Positions 58,751-64,000 of a stretch of 64,000 nt of DNA are shown in pieces (the stretch's first letter is position 1; each line of letters starts with the position of its first letter). The stretch lies in the NCBI GenBank assembly GCA_020632445.1, contig JACKFN010000003.1:17118-81117 (forward strand). Direction: 5' to 3'. The position numbers and the translations under genes were made by a program. The notes under the pieces are model-generated. The model had not been told where the DNA came from. It saw nothing but the letters and a program-made list of their open reading frames with translations, and made no database searches. This DNA comes from Candidatus Nomurabacteria bacterium (lineage in GTDB: Bacteria > Patescibacteriota > Patescibacteriia > Magasanikbacterales > UBA922).

Positions 58751-59451
58751 AATTGATATGAAGAGTTGTCGTGAGTTTTTATACAAACACCTATGTTTTT
58801 TCCACCTTTGAAATTATCCACGTTTTTAGTATAATATTCATGAAGTGCTTCGTCATCTTCGTTTGGCTCTTGACTTCATCTTCTCAGATTGTTGAAGCTG
58901 TTTTCCTTGATCTTCATAAGCTCTGAACCACAGTTCCTTGTGATCGGTATTTCTTTTTACAGCAGAGTCAGAAAGACCGGCAAATCCCATTTGTCTCGGA
59001 TAATAGTATACGGCCCAGAATTTCACCATCTTCTGGAAGCATATTCAGGGAGTTTGTTTACTTTTGCGTCCCAATAGAGATTACCTATCCCATACATCAT
59101 CAAAATGACCACCATCTTGGAGGATAGGTTTGCTTCCATTTGGTCGTAGTCTGTGGTTTTGGCAGGGACGTATGTTCATAGTATTGGTCAGGATACCCGC
59201 TTCCAGTATGGCGATTTTTTGTGTTAATTTTAAATCTTTGATAAAAACTTTGGAATTTTTTGCCTTGAATGTCCATAGGGTTGTCAGCTTGGGCCTATCC
59301 CTAGGTAAATTGCTTAAGAAGATATGTTTTGCCACCGTGTTCAGCAAGTCCACCATATTTTGCACCATTGAGATAAACGGGGATTTTCACTCAAAATATA
59401 ATCTGCGAAGTCTACATATCCTAGATATTTTTTCAAAACTGTACCTATCTA

Positions 59452-60900
59452 CTATATTAACATCCGGACTAATGAACTCATTTTGGACCGAATCAATGCT
59501 CCTGATTGACAAACTCCACTCAGCATCTTTACCGAAATTTCATGACTATCAATGTTTGATCGCACTTCTTCGAGCTTTATCTTTCCTAGAATAAATTCAA
59601 TGTACTCAATAATTACTCTGTGTTTAGCATTCTCACCAGTAAGTCCAGAATCAACTCTATTTTCTAATTCATAGCCAGAAATTTTTGTAAAAGGTTTTTT
59701 TTCACCATACATAGTAGCATTTCTAAAGACATATATGTCAAAATGATTATTCCCACCAACATCAAATTGATTAGAGTTGTCAATATCGTGCTGTGCGCTT
59801 GACTGATAGTTATGAATATGAATAGATTGAAAAGGACCCTGTTGAAGAATGAATTGTTGATGTTTTACCCTACCATTTCCTTTATACAAGTCTGGACTAG
59901 GTATAACCCAAGAACGTGCAGAAAAGCTACTGTGTAATAAACTTACTGAAATATTACAAACATTTTCACCATCCTTAAGAAGTCTGATTATATTAAATGA
60001 GTCTAACTCACCATAATCTCGGACCTGACTTAGGTATTCTTTTCGAGAAAGACCTGTTTTTTCATAATTGTCACCAAAGTAGCGAATATAATCTTCTTCA
60101 TTAATACAAACATCAAGACCAACGGGAGTTAATGGTGATGAAAAAAACTCAAGTTCATCAACCGCTTTCTCTTTAACTTGACTAGTTTTGTATAACTGCC
60201 AAGCCATATCTAAAAGATGATAGCCACTATGTGAGACTTTTCCCATGCCCTCAAAAAGCCCATGGGAATCCTGAAATAATACCTCTCGAGGAAACCTCCA
60301 AGAGCCATCCGCATGCATAATTTGCATAGAAGTGATTGGCACATTGAATTTTTTCGATGTTTCTAATACCAATTCCTTGACCTTATCAAAACCATGTTCA
60401 TACCTCCTTTGAACATTTACTGAAAAAAGAGTTGGCTCTTTTTTTTGTTGTAATTTATATAGCTCAAGAAGCTCATTGTAGTCGTCAATTAAGGATCTTG
60501 CTTGATTGATATCAACACTTACCCATTTCCTGGTTGAAACAGGCTTATCCATTAAAATATGTAAGCCCCTACGAAGAGCCCACTCAGCGTATACTTTGTG
60601 AGCTGTCGGTTCAGTTGCTATGACTACACCATTTATATTGTGTCGAATAGTCAAATCATCTAAAGCCTCCATTGATGATTTTGGGATACTTCTAGATGGG
60701 TCAAAAGGATCAAGGTAGAGCATCTCCATATCATATTCATTGTCAGTAATATAATTATCTATTAGATCTTTCTGGGGGGATATATCTACTGCTGCAACAA
60801 GTTTAACTGGATAGTCCTTAGCAAGCTTAAAAAAAGCAGGGACATAGATACGCCTTGCATGTGGCCCAACACCAATAACTAATACATTAACTGTTTTCAT
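59452..60900 (-). CDS. Gfo/Idh/MocA-family NAD(P)-dependent oxidoreductase (long form)
   Basis: MKTVNVLVIGVGPHARRIYVPAF Rossmann N-terminus, EPTAHKVYAEWAL, 482 aa. Confidence 0.55.
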   Translation of the reverse strand: MKTVNVLVIGVGPHARRIYVPAFFKLAKDYPVKLVAAVDISPQKDLIDNYITDNEYDMEMLYLDPFDPSRSIPKSSMEALDDLTIRHNINGVVIATEPTAHKVYAEWALRRGLHILMDKPVSTRKWVSVDINQARSLIDDYNELLELYKLQQKKEPTLFSVNVQRRYEHGFDKVKELVLETSKKFNVPITSMQIMHADGSWRFPREVLFQDSHGLFEGMGKVSHSGYHLLDMAWQLYKTSQVKEKAVDELEFFSSPLTPVGLDVCINEEDYIRYFGDNYEKTGLSRKEYLSQVRDYGELDSFNIIRLLKDGENVCNISVSLLHSSFSARSWVIPSPDLYKGNGRVKHQQFILQQGPFQSIHIHNYQSSAQHDIDNSNQFDVGGNNHFDIYVFRNATMYGEKKPFTKISGYELENRVDSGLTGENAKHRVIIEYIEFILGKIKLEEVRSNIDSHEISVKMLSGVCQSGALIRSKMSSLVRMLI

Positions 60901-61018
60901 ATTCTTATGCTTTGTATGATAGAATGATTTGTTTTAAAACAAATCATTGACACAACATAATAATTCCTGAATAATACTCATAATACTAATTTCTTATGTG
61001 TAGAACAAGTTTTTCCCT

Positions 61019-61831
61019 ATGAATAAAAAAAATCAGTGGCCAATAGTACAGATTGATCCAAGTTACAGTGCTGAAATATGCGCACTCCTTTCAAAACTTT
61101 CGTCCAATAATATTTCTGCCATTCAGATTCAAAACTTTTTGCAACCAAATGAATTGAATATTATTATAGAAAACATGCGTTCACAGGATATAAACTGGTA
61201 CGAAGGCAAAAAGAATGAGCAAGGTAGAATTGGGATTAGTACTACTGAGTATCATTATTTAGAGAACGGGAAGCAAAAGTACTTTGATCTGGTCACACAA
61301 GCCGACAAGGTTCAAGATCAGATATTTGATGGTGTAGAAAACCCAATTAACCGAATAATCAAACTGTTTTCATCTACGTTCGAACCTAAAATAGCAACAG
61401 AGTCTTCTATGCAGAACTCTAAGTACTTTTCAGGTTTAGTTAGAGCAATGGGAGCCAAAAGTACTTTGCATTTTGACTATGCTGTAGACCAACTTCCTGG
61501 ATGGAGTGTAAGTGATTTAGAAGATCAATATGCACTTGTGCTACATCTACAAGTTGCAGAAAAAGGAGGAGAGCTTAATGTGTATAATCGCCAATGGGAG
61601 CCTGCTGATGAAAAATTCAACAATGATGTAGGACAGAAAGGTACTTATGGATTTACTGAAGATTTTTTACAAGATACACCATATGCAACTATAACACCAT
61701 CATCAGGAGATCTTATTATATTTAGATCACGAAATTTTCATCAAGTTGCTGCTATAGAGTCAAGCAAACCTAGATTAACATTTGGTACTTTTATGGGCCT
61801 AAAAAACAATACTCTTTCGCTCTGGAGTTAG
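61019..61831 (+). CDS. 2OG-Fe(II) oxygenase superfamily protein (tentative)
   Basis: LHFDY (HxD) and NFHQV second His spaced as in PhyH/prolyl-hydroxylase-like enzymes. Confidence 0.5.
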   Translation: MNKKNQWPIVQIDPSYSAEICALLSKLSSNNISAIQIQNFLQPNELNIIIENMRSQDINWYEGKKNEQGRIGISTTEYHYLENGKQKYFDLVTQADKVQDQIFDGVENPINRIIKLFSSTFEPKIATESSMQNSKYFSGLVRAMGAKSTLHFDYAVDQLPGWSVSDLEDQYALVLHLQVAEKGGELNVYNRQWEPADEKFNNDVGQKGTYGFTEDFLQDTPYATITPSSGDLIIFRSRNFHQVAAIESSKPRLTFGTFMGLKNNTLSLWS

Positions 61832-61898
61832 TATAGACTTAAAAAGTCATTAAGTCCTACTACAGGAATTAAAAACTTTGAATCGTCAAAGTAAAAAA

Positions 61899-62732
61899 TT
61901 ACCACCTTTTTGAGCTAAAAAATATATCAAACTCTTTCATAATTTCATTTGTCATCGGGCCAACTACCCCGTCTCCAACAGGCTTGCCAGATATTTTTGT
62001 AACAGGCATAATATTTTTACTAGTCGCGGTGATAAAAACCTCTGAGGCTGTTTGAAATTCGGTCACTGAGAAATCCTTAGCTTTTACATGAAATGAAAGT
62101 GGTAAATCATTTAGAATAATTCCTCTTGTGATTCCTTCTAAAACCTTTGTACGTGGGGTAATAAGTGAACCATTTATCACGGCAAATATATTTGATCGGG
62201 TTCCTTCACGTACTAAACCTTGCGAATGATATATCACTTCATCTATATCATTAGATATTGCTCCAAGCTCACGTATTGCCTGGATATAATTGGTGGTTTT
62301 TGCTTCTGGTTCATACCGTTGAAATTCAGAAAGTAGTACGTGAACACCATTTTTGTAGTTTTGGGGCGAGCACTTAATCCTGGATTCAACCATAATTACA
62401 ATCGTAGGTATGTCTGCCGGTTTGAGCGTCCAAGTTGGTCCTCCCGAGACAATTAGTCTCATTACTTTTTCACCTTCAATTTCTGTATTAGCTTCAAAAG
62501 TTTGTAACACCCATTGGGCTACTTGTTCCTTTGACCAAGGTAACTTAAGATCAATTGATCTACAGGATTGAAAAAGCCTATCAATATGCCTTTGCAGCAT
62601 AAAAGGGCGTTCTGATGTGGTCATCATGAATTCAAAAGCCGCATGTCCCCGTGTGTAACCTAAATCAAGTGGGGATATTTGTAAGTCTTCTAGACTTACG
62701 AGTTTACCGTTAATAAAATGTATATATTCCAT
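61899..62732 (-). CDS. class IV (fold type IV) PLP aminotransferase (BCAT / D-amino-acid aminotransferase / ADC lyase family)
   Basis: EGTRSNIFAV...GSLITP...VLEGITRG motifs. Confidence 0.8.
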   Translation of the reverse strand: MEYIHFINGKLVSLEDLQISPLDLGYTRGHAAFEFMMTTSERPFMLQRHIDRLFQSCRSIDLKLPWSKEQVAQWVLQTFEANTEIEGEKVMRLIVSGGPTWTLKPADIPTIVIMVESRIKCSPQNYKNGVHVLLSEFQRYEPEAKTTNYIQAIRELGAISNDIDEVIYHSQGLVREGTRSNIFAVINGSLITPRTKVLEGITRGIILNDLPLSFHVKAKDFSVTEFQTASEVFITATSKNIMPVTKISGKPVGDGVVGPMTNEIMKEFDIFFSSKRW

Positions 62733-62911
62733 TGAGCTATTGCTAATAAAAAGAAAGTTTTACAAAAAAATGGAAATAATTGTGGCACATTCTTCACAGA
62801 TCTTTTGAAAAAGATTTAGAGCTGTCCTAAAATTACTTCTTGAAGTGGTGTGGGCTGGTGTGGGATTTTCTGGTGTGGGATTTTTTTGTACCAGCCCAAT
62901 AGCTGGATCAA

Positions 62912-63961
62912 CTACTTGTTTAGGTTGATAAGCTGAGGTCGGATACCGAAAGTAGAGCGAAGGTCGTCAGGCGTCATTTCCGGATGCTTTTGTTGGATCT
63001 TTTCCGCTCTCGCGAGAATTCTCCGTAGGGCATCTTCTTCTTGTCGGATTACAGACTTCATCTTTTTTGGGCATTTGGAGTCTGTGATAGACGCCAAGAG
63101 ATGTTCAATTACATCAACGAGGCCGCCCGCCTGTATCCAGATTTCCTCAATAAGCTTCCGCAACACCTTTCGGAGCGCAGAAGCATGCTTTTTTTTGCCC
63201 GGAAGTAGTCCCTCTCCCAGAAGTGCTTCAATGACCTGGAAGAGATTGGCCATGTAGTGAGCATCTCCAGTACTCAAGTGAGGGATTTTAGCCTGAAGGT
63301 GCTTGGTGCACTCTCTCCAAGGCCCTGCCGTTTGTGAACAATCTCCACTCAGGGCGATCTCAACTCTTCCCAGGCCAATTCCAAGGTCGTAGGCGCCAAA
63401 GCCATTGTATTCAACATCGCTTCCACGAGATACACCATCAATGTGCACGATCCTGCCTAGCTGTACATAGCTATCAAGTTCCTCAAGCACACTTTGGAAC
63501 TTGACCCCACGGAATTGAGCTGGTACGAACCTTGCAACAACCCCTATGCCGTGCAAATCTCCTTCCCCAAAACTCCACTCATGCTTCAGGCTCTCTTCGT
63601 CATCGAACATGAAAATTTGTTTTTCGGCGATGCCGGCGGCAAGAAGTGCACTTTTGAAGCCGTGATTTGATGGAGCACTGAAAACCAGATGCTCCCTCGA
63701 AAGTCCGAGCACTTCGAGCACTTCGATGAAGTAAGCTACAGCCACCTCATGATTGATGCCAAAAAGCCCACTCCCGAGCATATCGAACAACGACGTCAAC
63801 TGGAGTTTCGTCCGCAGATCATCTAGTGACCCACTGCTGCCGCCGAGACGAAGGCATCGTTGCACCAGTGCAAAGTTGTGCCTTGGGGCTGTACCTGTGA
63901 ACATCGGCTTGAAGGGGGTCACCGTAGCGTTGGTGAACAGGATTGTCGGATCATCGATCAC
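62912..63961 (-). CDS. alanyl-tRNA synthetase catalytic-domain-like stand-alone protein (class II aaRS fold), possibly N-terminally incomplete
   Basis: LFTNATVTPFKPMF...QRCLRLGG...LTSLFDMLGSGLFG...GIGLGRVEIALSG parallels AlaRS LFTNAGM.QFK..F.G...QKC.RAGGKHNDL...FFEMLGN.SFG...GMGLER. Only ~350 aa with no editing or C-Ala domains. Composition is more GC-rich than the neighbours. Confidence 0.55.
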   Translation of the reverse strand: MIDDPTILFTNATVTPFKPMFTGTAPRHNFALVQRCLRLGGSSGSLDDLRTKLQLTSLFDMLGSGLFGINHEVAVAYFIEVLEVLGLSREHLVFSAPSNHGFKSALLAAGIAEKQIFMFDDEESLKHEWSFGEGDLHGIGVVARFVPAQFRGVKFQSVLEELDSYVQLGRIVHIDGVSRGSDVEYNGFGAYDLGIGLGRVEIALSGDCSQTAGPWRECTKHLQAKIPHLSTGDAHYMANLFQVIEALLGEGLLPGKKKHASALRKVLRKLIEEIWIQAGGLVDVIEHLLASITDSKCPKKMKSVIRQEEDALRRILARAEKIQQKHPEMTPDDLRSTFGIRPQLINLNK

Positions 63962-64000
63962 GAGAGGGAACGAGTCATAGACCGTAAACCCCCTCTTCTT

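Noticed and set aside
58889-59594. Several 60-150-aa ORFs in the AT-rich stretch 58750-59450
   Set aside because: Short, overlapping on both strands, no motifs. More likely decayed cassette or intergenic DNA than genes.

Overview
This 64-kb window comes from an AT-rich bacterial chromosome and reads cleanly in the standard genetic code. Housekeeping genes include smpB, typA/bipA, an ABC-F ATPase, msrB and an IMPase-family gene. There is a cell-surface polysaccharide locus (HtrA/PDZ-like protein, Wzz-like protein, O-antigen-ligase family, GT4 glycosyltransferase, secreted glycoside-hydrolase-like protein). There is a CsoR-type repressor gene beside a perfect 36-bp palindromic operator. There is a Fur-linked cluster of PLP enzymes. 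There is a metal-efflux cluster (Met/His-rich proteins, RND membrane-fusion protein, CusA-like RND pump, CopB-type P1B ATPase with a His-rich N-terminus). A tRNA-Thr(GGT) is overlapped by the 3' end of a large serine recombinase gene that sits on the edge of a probable integrated element.

Three things stand out. (1) About 19.3-27.1 kb holds a cassette-like array of small, functionally unrelated, same-strand genes (HIT, ClpP-like, SET-domain, Asp racemase, transglutaminase-like, cytidine deaminase and others). They are separated by at least seven near-identical ~130-150-bp modules. Each module has a terminator-like hairpin, a sigma70 promoter with an extended -10 (TGCTATACT), and ends marked by CAGTTC...GAACTG inverted repeats and a conserved GTTCATAAGTTCA tail that supplies the upstream gene's stop codon. 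Degenerate copies of the module lie at ~48.1, 56.8, 57.4 and 58.1-58.3 kb. The architecture is integron-like, but the core sites do not match attC and no tyrosine integrase is visible. (2) A strongly GC-rich island at ~3.34-9.14 kb encodes three secreted proteins or lipoproteins carrying thrombospondin type-3 calcium-binding repeats and Myxococcus-type cysteine-rich repeats (CGNGxxExGExCDDGN...GDGC). The last two share an unrecognised C-terminal domain. Each gene is nonetheless driven from its own AT-rich, host-style spacer with a TTGACA-17-TGnTATA(C/G)T promoter, and is followed by motifs resembling the module (GTTCTAAC, ATAAGTTTT). (3) Smaller GC-rich inserts at ~43.9-44.2 kb and ~58.4-58.7 kb also abut module relics and host-type terminators.

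Together these observations suggest a previously uncharacterised module-based system for capturing and expressing foreign genes. No rRNA genes or CRISPR arrays were found. All calls rest on reading motifs by eye, and GC estimates are visual.
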